Below are positions 10,701 to 19,519 of a stretch of DNA of 64,000 bases, piece after piece. Position 1 is the stretch's first letter. Each line of letters begins with the position of its first letter. Both the position numbers and the translations under genes were made by a program. Origin of the DNA: Candidatus Izemoplasmatales bacterium (GTDB lineage Bacteria > Bacillota_I > Bacilli_A > Izemoplasmatales > Hujiaoplasmataceae); contig JBMNEZ010000001.1 in the NCBI GenBank assembly GCA_050949045.1, forward strand, positions 256,001 to 320,000, given 5' to 3'. Under the pieces are notes generated by a model. That model saw only the letters and a program-made list of their open reading frames with translations, did not search any database and had not been told where the DNA came from.

Positions 10701-10950
10701 CAATAACGGTCAACTTGGCGATGGTTCAACGGCCGATAGATCCACACCTACAGAAAGCATCTTTAGAGGGAATTTCTCTTTTGAAACAGAAACATTCGAT
10801 TATAACGAGGCATTGACTGAGTATGCTCCAACAAGAGAAGGGTATACACTTGATGGATGGTATAGTGATGTAGCATTTACGACAGAATATGTATTCACAA
10901 CTATGCCGGCCGCAAACATCACACTATATGCGAAATGGGTCGCCGACTAA
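7789..10950 (+). CDS. Surface lipoprotein: Thr-rich linker, short collagen-like segments, InlB B (Listeria-Bacteroides) repeats, 8 RCC1/BLIP-II-like repeats
   Basis: Lipobox MTAC; repeated PTKEGYxFxGWY...ITLYAKW; repeated GRVFxWGxNxxGQLGDGT. Confidence 0.9.
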   Translation: MKKLMIFIAIFTLLFMTACADFTLPQQQTTDYTTDVQTDSQTQSTTVLTTTAPTTTAPTTTVPTTSGVTTTTQITTKALDTELTVKLKHIYNLASESGAFSGTYEDWLETVRGPKGDDGRSVVLNVSEGYVQWKYTDEEEWNNLIPLISMIGPEGEQGVGILDAEINQSGELVITLSDGSEKNLGKILNVYTVQFKDDQGYLIDVQLVTYGQAATAPEPPVKDGYTFSNWDKAFTEIKENTVVKAVYSLNKCRVSFDSAGGSEISDILVEKGKSIILPVITREGYLFAGWFTGNGPNDVQFSHVFPVLQDLELVARWICMQYTLSFESNGGSPVASITQNIGTTVTKPTDPTKEGYSFDGWYSDESLTTAYRFTTMPAENITLYAKWNPIIYGITYVLDNGINGANPSDYTIETAKIILADPTKEGNTFNGWFNNAELTGSQITEIPQGTTGDITLYAKWTVNQYTISFESNGGSPVASITRNFGTTVRRPMATKTGYTFRGWYSDESLTTIYTFTTMPAENITLYAKWRINQYNINYFIFDNFDNWLETGETIVSVSLGDNSPSALTSSGRVFTWGRNFFGQLGDGTTNNRFIPTEITSGFALSEGETIVSVSIGTMHSSALTSSGRVFMWGDNQFGQLGDGTTDDRFTPTEITSGFNLSEGETIVSVSIENMHSSAITSSGRVFMWGDNRFGQLGDGTTENRSTPTEITSGFNLSEGETIVSVSLWGNFSSVLTSSGRVFMWGHNRYGQLGDGTTENRFTPTEITSGFDLSEGETIISVSLWGNFSSVLTSSGRVFMWGHNRYGQLGDGTTENRFTPTEITSGFDLSEGETIVSVLFGAMHSSAFTSSGRVFTWGQNDLGQLGDGTTDNRFTPTEITSGFALSEGETIVSVSLGSYHSSALTSSGRVFMWGSNNNGQLGDGTTDNRSTPTEITSGFDLSEGETIVSLSLRNMYSSALTSSGRVLMWGSNNNGQLGDGSTADRSTPTESIFRGNFSFETETFDYNEALTEYAPTREGYTLDGWYSDVAFTTEYVFTTMPAANITLYAKWVAD
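9439..10755 (+). repeat. Eight tandem 168-nt coding repeats (56-aa RCC1-like blades)
   Basis: ggagaaac-starting units at 9439, 9607, 9775, 9943, 10111, 10279, 10447, 10615. Confidence 0.95.
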
Positions 10951-11063
10951 AAAACTATTACTTTCATAACAATCGTTAGCCTATGAAAATGATAAAGTTG
11001 TTGTAATGTTTCATAAACTAACAAAAATGATTCATTTCGTTTTGTGAAAAAAGCGTAAAACAT

Positions 11064-11121
11064 AAAAGGACTGTGAGTAAATGAAGATTGAAATATCTTT
11101 ATGGGCTTCACAGTCCTTTTT
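11064..11121 (+). terminator. Inverted repeat/terminator after the RCC1 lipoprotein gene
   Basis: aaaaggactgtga...tcacagtccttttt. Confidence 0.55.
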
Positions 11122-11303
11122 CCTTTGATTTAAACCATGTGCGATATTAACTACGATTCAAATCATCAGGTTATGTTTTCGTTGTTTGTGCAATTGAGCA
11201 ACTTAATGGATATGATATCTCGTTTAAAATATAATGGGTGTCAAAATACAAGAGACTAACTTTTAATGGCCAGATTTGGCCATCTAAATCATATATGATT
11301 TTA

Positions 11304-11349
11304 GTTCGAAACCAAAAGGTCGTGGGTTCGAATCCCATCGTCTCGACCA
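11304..11349 (+). repeat. tRNA-Pro 3' fragment (attR-like)
   Basis: gttcgaaaccaaaaggtcgtgggttcgaatcccatcgtctcgacca versus tRNA 7471-7516. Confidence 0.9.
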
Positions 11350-11384
11350 GATAAGATAGCAGATTCTGATAGAAAAATCTGCTT

Positions 11385-12491
11385 CAGACTACAGACAAAG
11401 TATCCTAAAAAGGAATATTTTTTTTGAGTTATCCACAAGTTAACGCGAGTTTCGAAATTGCTATATACAAGCATATAATAAAAGGGTAGAATGACGACAA
11501 GTGATGCCAAATGATGACGAAGAAAAGCGATACAAGCCGGAATAACATCCAAATGATAAGCATCGAATCAATGGTACCTGAGAAACACCTTGTACGCAAG
11601 ATAGAGAGCGTAATTGATTTTGAGTTTGTGCGAGACTTGGTTAAGGACTTATATTCAGAGACAACCGGAAGACCATCAATTGATCCGGTTGTGCTTGTAA
11701 AGATAGTGTTCATCCAGTTCCTGTTTGGCATCAAGTCAATGAGACAGACAATCAAGGATATCGAAGTGAACGTAGCGTATCGCTGGTTTTTGGGATCCGG
11801 ATTCACAGAGACGATCCCCCACTTTTCGACATTTGGAAAAAACTATGTCAGACGCTTCGCCGAGAACAATCTGTTCGATAAGATCTTCAAGACTATATTG
11901 TATCAATTGATTGAACAGGGTTTTGTGAAAGAGGAAACGATATTCGTCGACTCGACACATATCAAAGCCTATGCGAACAAACGAAACATCCATCACGAAT
12001 ACATTGAGGAGGACTATCATAAATATGTGAGAGAACTCCATCGGGAAATAAACGAGGAACGCGCAAAAGAAGGAAAGAAAGCGATTGATTTTGGCAGAAA
12101 GAAAGCCGTGACGATATCGAACGTCGATCCGGATTCAGGGATGTTTCAAAAGGGAGAAAAAGAGAAACAACTGGCATACAGTGTCAAGACGGCGGTTGAT
12201 GAAAACGGCTATGTGACAGGACTGGAGACAACGGGAGCGAACATTCGCCCAAGCGAAGATGTGTCATTGTCTCGGCTTCACACATCTGCGGGGGTTAAAG
12301 AAAAACCATGATCGCAACTTGATTGTGTTCGCTGCGGCCAACCTCAAGAAGTTGGCTCTTTTCGTTACGGAAACAAACAAAGAATTCAAGCGGATCACTG
12401 CTTATATTTCTTGTTTTTTCACATTATTCCGTCCCAAAATACAAAAAGTCCCCCAGTATCTCTACTGAAAGACTTGTTTGTCTACAGACTG
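11385..12491 (+). mobile_element. IS1182-family insertion sequence, internally deleted
   Basis: Imperfect terminal IRs cagactacagacaaa / tttgtctacagactg (12/15) enclosing the transposase remnant. Confidence 0.8.
11511..12468 (+). pseudogene. IS1182 transposase pseudogene
   Basis: GRPSIDPV, IFVDSTHIKAYAN, DPDSG; C-terminal ERTFAQAK...HLRGLKK...AANLKKLA sits in another frame after an internal deletion. Confidence 0.85.
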
Positions 12492-12597
12492 TACTCTGAT
12501 ACAATGTGTCAGAGTTTTTTATTTCATTTTATACAAATTAACATTGCAAAATGATAGAAATTTTAATATTGAAATATTAATCAAAAAAATCAATTAC

Positions 12598-12669
12598 TAT
12601 ACCGATATCGGTATAATGTTGACAAAAACAAAAATACATTGTACTATATATTATACCGATATCGGTATG
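12598..12669 (+). promoter_or_regulatory. Sigma-A promoter bracketed by two 18-bp palindromic operators
   Basis: TATACCGATATCGGTATA (12598-12615) and TATACCGATATCGGTATG (12652-12669) flank TTGACA(12619)-17 nt-TACTAT(12642). Confidence 0.85.
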
Positions 12670-12683
12670 ATGGAGATGATGAT

Positions 12684-13613
12684 ATGGATTATAAAGGAGT
12701 TAAAGAATTTTCAATTAAATGGAATATAAATGAAAGACGTATTAGGCTTTTATGTCAAGCCGGAAGAATTAATGGAGCCAAGAAAATTGGTAAGACTTGG
12801 TTTATACCAAGTGATGCAGTAAAGCCGATAGATAAAAGATTTAAGCACAAATCTGATTTAATTTATAATGATATTTCATTTGATTTGATTGATAAAAAGA
12901 AAAATATAATAGATTCTTGTCGCCCATTTTCATCTAATATGATTAGACAACTAAAGGACAAACTTGTGGTTGAATGGACTTATAATTCAAATGCAATAGA
13001 AGGAAATACATTGACGTTATCTGAAACTAGAGTTGTGCTTGAAAATGGTATAACAGTAAAAGGAAAATCGCTCAAAGATCATCTTGAAACAATTAATCAT
13101 AAGGAAGCAATAGAATTTATTGAGGATTTAGTTCAAAATAAAGAAGAATTATCCGAATATGTAATTAAGTCCATACATCATTTAATACTAAAAGGGATAG
13201 ATTCTTTTAATGCTGGAAAATATAGAGAAGAAAATGTATTAATTAGTGGAGCTAAGCATATACCACCAATGTATATTAATGTACCATTTGAGATGCAAAA
13301 ACTGATGGAGCAATATAAATTATGGTCAGATTTACATCCTGTTATAAGAGCTTGCTATTTACATGGAGAGTTTGTAAAAATACACCCATTTGTTGATGGA
13401 AATGGTAGAGCTGCAAGATTACTACTAAATTTTGAACTTATTAAAAATGGATATCCAGCTGTTATTATAAAAAATGAGAATAGAGCTGAGTATTATGATG
13501 CATTAGATAAAGCACATATTACGAATGATTATACTGACTTCATTAAGATAATTTACGATTTATTAATTGAATCAGAAGATACATATTTATTTTTACTAAA
13601 TAAACAACAATAG
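12684..13613 (+). CDS. Fic-domain protein with N-terminal excisionase/MerR-like HTH
   Basis: HPFVDGNGRAAR Fic motif; SNAIEGN inhibitory motif; N-terminal KWNINERRIRLLCQAGRINGAKKIGKTWFIP. Confidence 0.9.
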   Translation: MDYKGVKEFSIKWNINERRIRLLCQAGRINGAKKIGKTWFIPSDAVKPIDKRFKHKSDLIYNDISFDLIDKKKNIIDSCRPFSSNMIRQLKDKLVVEWTYNSNAIEGNTLTLSETRVVLENGITVKGKSLKDHLETINHKEAIEFIEDLVQNKEELSEYVIKSIHHLILKGIDSFNAGKYREENVLISGAKHIPPMYINVPFEMQKLMEQYKLWSDLHPVIRACYLHGEFVKIHPFVDGNGRAARLLLNFELIKNGYPAVIIKNENRAEYYDALDKAHITNDYTDFIKIIYDLLIESEDTYLFLLNKQQ

Positions 13614-13633
13614 CATAAGGTTAGGAGCGTAAA

Positions 13634-14121
13634 ATGACTAAAGATTTATCATTTAATTTAGATAATTGTAGATTTAATTATCGTGCTTGTGCGGTCATTA
13701 TTCATAATAATAAAATACTTGCAATGCATGATGAAAATTCACCATATTTCTATCTACCTGGTGGTAGAGCACAGTTTGGTGAAACTGTAGAAGATGCAGT
13801 ATTAAGAAAACTAAAATAAAAGAAGAAATAGGTATAGATGCAAAAATTGAAAGACCATTATGGTTTAACCAAGCATTCTTCATTGATGATGTAACAAAAG
13901 TTAATTCACATGAGCTTGGAATATATATTTTAATTGATATTAGTAATGCCGATTTATTAGATAGAGGAAATAAATTTAAAGGTATTGAATCTAAACATAA
14001 GCATGTATTTGAATAGTTAGATTTTGAAAGGCTTGAGGATGAATATCTTTATCCCTTATTCTTAAAAAAAGAAATATATCATTTACCAGAAACTTTTATA
14101 CTAAGAACTGAAATAGAATAA
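13634..14121 (+). pseudogene. NUDIX hydrolase pseudogene
   Basis: LPGGRAQFGETVEDAVLR then frameshift into IKEEIGI; later in-frame TAG. Confidence 0.8.
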
Positions 14122-14414
14122 ATAATAACACTTTAAATTAATGATATATTTATAGTGTGCAAAAATTAGTAAGAGGTGTGCACTTTAAATTATTATGTTC
14201 ATTGTATGTTTTTAGGAGTCCCTTGCTATATGAAAAGTGTTGGTCTGAATATATCAGACCTTTTTCATACTGAAAAAGGATTTCCTTTTTTGTAAGCTAA
14301 TACAATTTGTTTTCACATCAAAAAGATGCGACAGTTACACTCATTATGTGTCAAAGCCGCATCTTTGGATTAATTTTAATACAGAATCGGAATTTGATGT
14401 CATTTAACTGATTT

Positions 14415-15860
14415 TTATGCCAAGGTAAAGCTAATCAAATCGATATATCCTTTGCCAAAATACTTGAAATATAAGGGATGCGTACCACTTATTGCCTTTG
14501 TCTTGGCAGAGAAAGTCTGTGCTTTGTGATTGACAGACACATCAATTACAGCGATTGCCGGATGAGCTAGATCGGTATAGGCTTCAACCTTTCCCTCGCC
14601 TTTGCCGGTAATCTCAATGGCGATGCTTTTCAGTTTGGAAAACATAAAATACTTATAGCCAACAACAGACTCATGGCGAATATTGGCAATGTATTGATTG
14701 GGGTTGTCTTCTCTATCTTCTCCGATTTGAGTTAAATATGGATGCTTTCTCAAACACTTGAACAACACCAAGGGGCTATAACTTGAAGCACCTGTTTTTG
14801 CATACAACTGGCAGGCAATATGCGAGGAATAGGTCCCTTTCCCCTGTAATGGCCCTCCATTCAAACCGCAACTGGTCATCTCCACCTGTCGGATTTCACC
14901 ATGTTTGTCAAGGGTGATACTTTCCGCGCAAGCTTGGCGGGAGTATTCATGCCGGTTCGTCTGTCGGTGATAAAAGACATACCATTTATCTAGTATTTTT
15001 GCAATGCTACCGTGATTGTTGCCATAGTAGAATGTAGCGAAGTCAGGATTCTCTTTGTTCAGACCGATATTCGCGTTGCTGATGATGGTTCCTCCATAAA
15101 CAAACGGTCCCTTCGGGGAAGGTGAAGTTGCATAGCATAACTCATGATTTTTCTCCGATGAATAGATAAAGTAATAGACATCATTGATTTTTCGGATGGA
15201 AGCAGCCTCAAAAAAATCATGGCCTTTTAGATTGTTTTCCGTATCTGATTTATTTTGAATGACAACCCGGCTTGGTTTCACTTTTACAGTTAGCATATCT
15301 TGCTCTAATTCCGTAACATAGCTGGCATCGAGTTTTCCTCGGCCAAACAAAAATACCCGAGTGAGAAATTTTGGACAAAAACCGGTGTAGAGATAAACAC
15401 GATGATCGTCATCGACCAATACCCCGGGGTCAAACATGAACGGATCATTTTTTTTCTTACCGAGGAGCGTACCGTCCGGATACTTGACATGCCCGTAAAA
15501 TTCGTATTTACCTTGAGGACGATCCGATACGGCAACGGAAATAACGCCGCTGAAATCAAAGAAGTAATAAAGGTAATAGCGCCCGTCGCTTCCTTGCTGG
15601 ACATCGGGCGCATACATATTCCGAGAATTGCTGTGCACCAAAGGGTCCTGAAGTTTATTGTAGATCACGCCTTCGTATTTCCAGTCGGTCAAATCGTCGA
15701 CTGGCGCCGACCAGCAAACGTAATTGTTCATACAAAAGGTTTTACCATTGAAACGATCATGCGAGCCAAACAAATATACCCGATCGCCAAAGACATAGGG
15801 TTCGCCATCGGGGATGTATTCATAGCTGGGCAAAAATGGATTAGTAACTTGTTTTTTCAA
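14415..15860 (-). CDS. GH43 glycoside hydrolase with C-terminal CBM6-like domain
   Basis: YIPDGEP, MYAPDV, FDPGVLVDDD, FFEAASIRK, NNHGS; TTG start after SD aggag; no signal peptide. Confidence 0.9.
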   Translation of the reverse strand: MKKQVTNPFLPSYEYIPDGEPYVFGDRVYLFGSHDRFNGKTFCMNNYVCWSAPVDDLTDWKYEGVIYNKLQDPLVHSNSRNMYAPDVQQGSDGRYYLYYFFDFSGVISVAVSDRPQGKYEFYGHVKYPDGTLLGKKKNDPFMFDPGVLVDDDHRVYLYTGFCPKFLTRVFLFGRGKLDASYVTELEQDMLTVKVKPSRVVIQNKSDTENNLKGHDFFEAASIRKINDVYYFIYSSEKNHELCYATSPSPKGPFVYGGTIISNANIGLNKENPDFATFYYGNNHGSIAKILDKWYVFYHRQTNRHEYSRQACAESITLDKHGEIRQVEMTSCGLNGGPLQGKGTYSSHIACQLYAKTGASSYSPLVLFKCLRKHPYLTQIGEDREDNPNQYIANIRHESVVGYKYFMFSKLKSIAIEITGKGEGKVEAYTDLAHPAIAVIDVSVNHKAQTFSAKTKAISGTHPLYFKYFGKGYIDLISFTLA

Positions 15861-16811
15861 ATCAAACACACTCCTTATAAAGAAATTAGGTTCAAGTGTT
15901 CTATTTTTATCCTTATATCTAATCATAACACATTATTATCTTAAAAATTAAATGTGTTGTTCTAATTTTTGTCAAATCGGCCATAAAATAATCATTATTA
16001 TATGAGATTTGTTCAATCACAGGGATTGTTTGTAGTAATAACATTCCAACCGGTCATTAATATGCTCTGTTTTATGATTTTGACTTATTAATTGACGTAT
16101 TAGCGGCATTATGATGATTCCCATCTTAATTAATGATCGCAAAAGACAATGATGAAAAAGCAGAGAATCTTCAGTGGTTTTGTCAATTCACCGAGGATCG
16201 GAGAATGATGATACACTATCGGTTGTTAAGGGGAAGATTACTGTCGGTAATTGTTTATTTCATGTGTCTACTTTGGAGATATCATATCAGAATGGGGTTC
16301 AGATACCGATCTAGGGAATATCTCTATTCATAATTGATAGCATAGCAGTTGTGGGATTATGTGCCGTGCTTTTTCTTGTGATTCGTAAGGATATAAAAAA
16401 TAAGGGCAATAATGTGTTGCATGTGCAACACATTGCATGAACAATACCGCCTCCGGACTTATATAATGTGCAAATTTAGAAAATCTAGTGATCAAATAGA
16501 AAAGCGCGTTAATAGGTAGTTTTTTGCTCGGAAAGCACTCATTATTTTTTGCCATTTGGAGATATTTTGTATTAAAAAAAACGGTAAAACATAAAACAAT
16601 TTTAACGTTTTAGTTTGTATTATTATAATTTTGAAAACATGATTTTAGCCGATTTCCCATTCGAACTCAGTAATAATATATGCGTGTTTATATACTTTAG
16701 CATTGATAATTATACCAATAATAAAGATAAGTGCGCTCTTGATTAAAAAATAATAAATCAGTAATGGTTCATCAACTCTTTTGATATTAGAAAAACAGCA
16801 AAAACAAAATG

Positions 16812-17816
16812 TTAATATTCTGGAATTTCAATTTTAAATGATTGGTGAATGTGAAGCGAACTTTTGATCATTTCTTTTGTGATGGTCTTTTTCCCATTGA
16901 TATGTTCAAGCAATTTTTTTGTTGCCAATTTACCAAACTGAAAATAATCTTGCGAAGCATAACTTAAACGAGGTTTCAATTCTTTTATTGCATCATAACC
17001 AAGAGAAAAAACAACCACGTCTTTGCCAATCTCTTTATTCAATTCTTGGCATGATTTATACACTCCAGATGCAACCGAAGGGGAGGCTGTAATGAATCCT
17101 TTTGCCCCTTCGTTGAGAGCTTCAAGCGAAAAAACATAGGCATCATCATATGTCGATTCTTTACTATGATAAATTTTGTATTGATAATCAGGGTATTCTC
17201 TAAAAGCTTCAATAAACCCTTCATTTCTTTCTTTTGATATGATCAGGTCTTCGCTGGAGTTAATCAGGCACAAATTATCAAAGCCCTGTTTAATCATAGC
17301 AAGCGCAATTGATTTGGTTAATCCAACATTATCAGTGTCAACGTAATTTATGTCAGCTTGAAAACCAGGATGTCCAATTAGAATAAAAGGAATATATTTT
17401 TTACTGATTTCCATGATTCGGCTATCATTAATTGTGGGAGATAGAATTATTGCGCCATCTATTGGCGATTTTCCCTCTTTCAATTTTACAGTAGTATCAT
17501 TAGAATTTAATCCACTATAGATTATCAAATTATAGTTGTAATTTGATGCAGTAGTTAAAACAGACTCAATTAAAGGCGAATAAAACCTTTTATACTTTTC
17601 TGTTGCGGATTGTTCCAAAAATAACCCAATGATATTTGTTTTCGCTTTAGCTGACAAAACACTTGCATAAAAATTAGGCTGGTAGTCTAATTCTTTACAT
17701 ATTTCTATGACCTTATTAGTGATTTCGGGACTCACATACTTTTTCCCCGTTAACACATTGCTCACTGTTGATTTTGCAACATGTGCCCTAGATGCAATAT
17801 CGACAATAGTAACCAC
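16812..17816 (-). CDS. LacI-family transcriptional regulator
   Basis: TIVDIASRAHVAKSTVSNVL...LDYQPN. Confidence 0.95.
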   Translation of the reverse strand: MVTIVDIASRAHVAKSTVSNVLTGKKYVSPEITNKVIEICKELDYQPNFYASVLSAKAKTNIIGLFLEQSATEKYKRFYSPLIESVLTTASNYNYNLIIYSGLNSNDTTVKLKEGKSPIDGAIILSPTINDSRIMEISKKYIPFILIGHPGFQADINYVDTDNVGLTKSIALAMIKQGFDNLCLINSSEDLIISKERNEGFIEAFREYPDYQYKIYHSKESTYDDAYVFSLEALNEGAKGFITASPSVASGVYKSCQELNKEIGKDVVVFSLGYDAIKELKPRLSYASQDYFQFGKLATKKLLEHINGKKTITKEMIKSSLHIHQSFKIEIPEY

Positions 17817-17818
17817 GT

Positions 17819-19300
17819 TTACCCCCTATTATGTTCTACATTTTCTTTTATCAAACGCAAAAAATCATCAACTTTAATAATTTGAACATGATTTTCAAGT
17901 AAAGATACTAGTTTATCTAAGTCTTCAATTGTTGTAGACCAAGGATGAACATTTAAGACAGTGTAGCCTTCTTTTGATTTTTTGTCAACTTTAAAGGCGT
18001 TTATCTTATTCGCAATACTTTGAATCCATTCCTCTGTCACACTACTTTTCATTCCATCGGGCGACCAAAAGCTAACCCTGACACTAGCAAACGGTTTTCC
18101 GTTGCTGGCAAAATATATATTTCCCTTGCCACCTTCATATTTTGAAGGGTCCAGTTCATATATTCCACCTATCAAATTATCATTCTTTGCATATTTGTTG
18201 ATTACTTTATGTATTTTATCTTCATTTTCCAGATTATCCAATAGTGTAACAACATTCAAATCACATTTGCTCATTAACTCACTAGTTTTTTTACAAAAAT
18301 CGTCCAACAAAGATTCTGGAAAAGCACATGGATTCATATATCCCGCACCGCTAGCACCTGAAATAAAATAATTGTTTTCCCCCATTTTGTAAAGACGCTC
18401 AATTACTGTTGGACATATGTTAACCATTGATGGAGCAATTGTCCAACCAATAGGATATTTTTCATCAGTAGCAATTCGTTGACCAAAAGATGAAGTTGTA
18501 GAAAAATCTCTTTCTAACCATTGCACATTATCGCCATCACTCACCACAATTGTGAGATAGTGCTTATTGTCGATTATATTATATTTGATTTCTTTTTGTT
18601 TCAACTTGACACTTGGAAACTTATCTAAAGCGGAATGATTACAACTCCAATCAGAGGGAATGATATAATTACCATGCTTTGAGATGTCGTTTACAAAATC
18701 AATTTCGTCTGTTGTCCACCCGTAAATGGGAATATTTCTATTTGCCCAATTTAAGACTTTTTCTCTAAATTGTTTGGCTTTTACCCCTTTGTCGGTATAG
18801 AAACAAAACCAACGATTAGCAATACCATAATCTCTAAGAGAAATGTGATAATTATCCTTTTCAGTAACTTGATGAATAAGCCCATCTTTACGCAACAAAG
18901 CTTGATACTTGTCAAATATTTTCTCTTGTTTATCTATATAATCACCTTTCAAACATCTCAAATCAACAAAATTATTTAATCCTAGCTTATCAACTAAATA
19001 ACCTAATGAAGTTGGCAAACTAAGATAATCTAAAGCTGAAGCGATGGTAGCTGAGAGATTAATCGAAATATCTCCTATGGTGAAATCAAACAAAGTATAA
19101 CCATGATAGTAATCTCGATATTTGGTTAATGCTTCTTCCAAAGTGACATACTCAAATTCAATTTCATTAAGATAATCGAGATAATTATCAATATCTAAAT
19201 ATAAGATCGGTTTGTTTCGATTTACAATTCCTTGAAGCGATATAAACAATACTTTTTCTTCAGGTGTTAAACTATCGTTTTTCACTACTTTTAACGTCAT
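17819..19300 (-). CDS. GxGYxYP-family putative glycoside hydrolase, no signal peptide
   Basis: SLQGIVNR, LRDY, SDGDNVQW, SGAGYMNP, VHPWS. Confidence 0.85.
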   Translation of the reverse strand: MTLKVVKNDSLTPEEKVLFISLQGIVNRNKPILYLDIDNYLDYLNEIEFEYVTLEEALTKYRDYYHGYTLFDFTIGDISINLSATIASALDYLSLPTSLGYLVDKLGLNNFVDLRCLKGDYIDKQEKIFDKYQALLRKDGLIHQVTEKDNYHISLRDYGIANRWFCFYTDKGVKAKQFREKVLNWANRNIPIYGWTTDEIDFVNDISKHGNYIIPSDWSCNHSALDKFPSVKLKQKEIKYNIIDNKHYLTIVVSDGDNVQWLERDFSTTSSFGQRIATDEKYPIGWTIAPSMVNICPTVIERLYKMGENNYFISGASGAGYMNPCAFPESLLDDFCKKTSELMSKCDLNVVTLLDNLENEDKIHKVINKYAKNDNLIGGIYELDPSKYEGGKGNIYFASNGKPFASVRVSFWSPDGMKSSVTEEWIQSIANKINAFKVDKKSKEGYTVLNVHPWSTTIEDLDKLVSLLENHVQIIKVDDFLRLIKENVEHNRG

Positions 19301-19348
19301 ATTTTTCTCCTTTCTTTAATTTTCATTATAACATTAAAATTTTTTTTA

Positions 19349-19459
19349 GTAAAGAAAACCGTTTTTCTTTACAAACATTTTTTTATGTTGTATAATGAGA
19401 CATGAAAGTTTCTATTACAACTTTATAATTTTTTAGTTAAAGAAAACCGGTTTTCTTTA
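19349..19459. promoter_or_regulatory. Two LacI-type operators and promoter in divergent intergenic region
   Basis: GTAAAGAAAACCGTTTTTCTTTAC (19349-19372) and perfect TAAAGAAAACCGGTTTTCTTTA (19438-19459); TTTACA(19368)-17 nt-TATAAT(19391). Confidence 0.85.
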
Positions 19460-19519
19460 CAAACGTTTTTTATGCTACATAAATTGAATTATTACATTTA
19501 ACTTTTACAAGGAGAAATC

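Larger units (their letters stand above)
7517..11349. mobile_element. Integrase-less islet at tRNA-Pro bounded by an att-like direct repeat
   Basis: 3' 46 nt of tRNA-Pro (7471-7516) repeated at 11304-11349 with 42/46 identity. Confidence 0.7.

Noticed and set aside
9439..10755. Diversity-generating retroelement target
   Set aside because: No reverse transcriptase or non-coding template repeat in the window, and the differences are not confined to adenines
11429..11437. Perfect DnaA box TTATCCACA
   Set aside because: Single site inside an IS end; not an origin
13634..14121. Programmed frameshift or stop read-through in the NUDIX gene
   Set aside because: Two independent lesions (frameshift plus TAG) fit decay better
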